NCBI GenBank assembly: GCA_964016885.1
Contig: OZ024742.1
Location: forward strand, 100,626,001-100,690,000
Origin: Eledone cirrhosa
Taxonomy: Eukaryota
DNA length: 64,000 bases
Direction of reading: 5' to 3'
In this document: in pieces, positions 63,798 through 64,000 of the stretch
How the letters are laid out: every line of letters starts with the position of its first letter
Position numbering within the stretch: the stretch's first letter is position 1
Translations under genes and position numbers: made by a program
The notes under the pieces: model-generated
What the model saw: only the letters and a program-made list of their open reading frames with translations
Databases searched by the model: none
What the model was told of the DNA's origin: nothing

Positions 63798-64000
63798 GTT
63801 CTTTGAGTCTCAGTCATTGATGTTATTTAACTGGAAAGTTTGTTGAAATGAATATCAGGCCGCTACCTGCAGCCTCAGACATTCAGGATGTATCGGAGGG
63901 TTCTTGCTGTTCCCAGAAAGCATGCCTTTTGAAGTGTTCCAAAAAGCAGGGCTGGACTAATATTCTTTAATCATCCTTGGAAACTCTTTGAGATAGTACC
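63798..64000 (-). mobile_element. Second R4/Dong-like 3' fragment, running off the window edge
   Basis: It is the reverse complement of 61850-62052 with scattered substitutions. Confidence 0.88.

Overview
This is AT-rich animal genomic DNA, most likely octopus or another coleoid cephalopod. That call is inferred from the SINE and LINE repertoire and was not confirmed by a search. I recognise no host protein-coding gene, rRNA, tRNA or CRISPR array, and most of the ORF track is microsatellite translation (YIYI, HTHT, poly-H/V/T). The window is a mosaic of (TA)n, (CA)n, (CAT)n, (GGT)n and (AAT)n repeats and mobile DNA. The main elements are a 5'-truncated Penelope-like element (RT plus C-terminal GIY-YIG) with inverted pseudo-LTRs that each carry a complete type I hammerhead ribozyme motif, a near-full-length RTE LINE with a PHD-type finger inside its RT region plus an internally deleted relative, and two tandem ORF1-only (gag-like, CCHC) elements anchored on (ATT)n. 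There are also R4/Dong-like and CR1-like 3' fragments, tRNA/CORE SINEs, (ATT)-tailed SINE arrays, and hAT, Tc1/mariner and TTAA MITEs. The most unusual signal is a set of short, mutually dissimilar fold-back elements inside (TA)n tracts whose inversion centre lies at or just 5' of a hammerhead CUGANGA box, best seen at 3287-3478.
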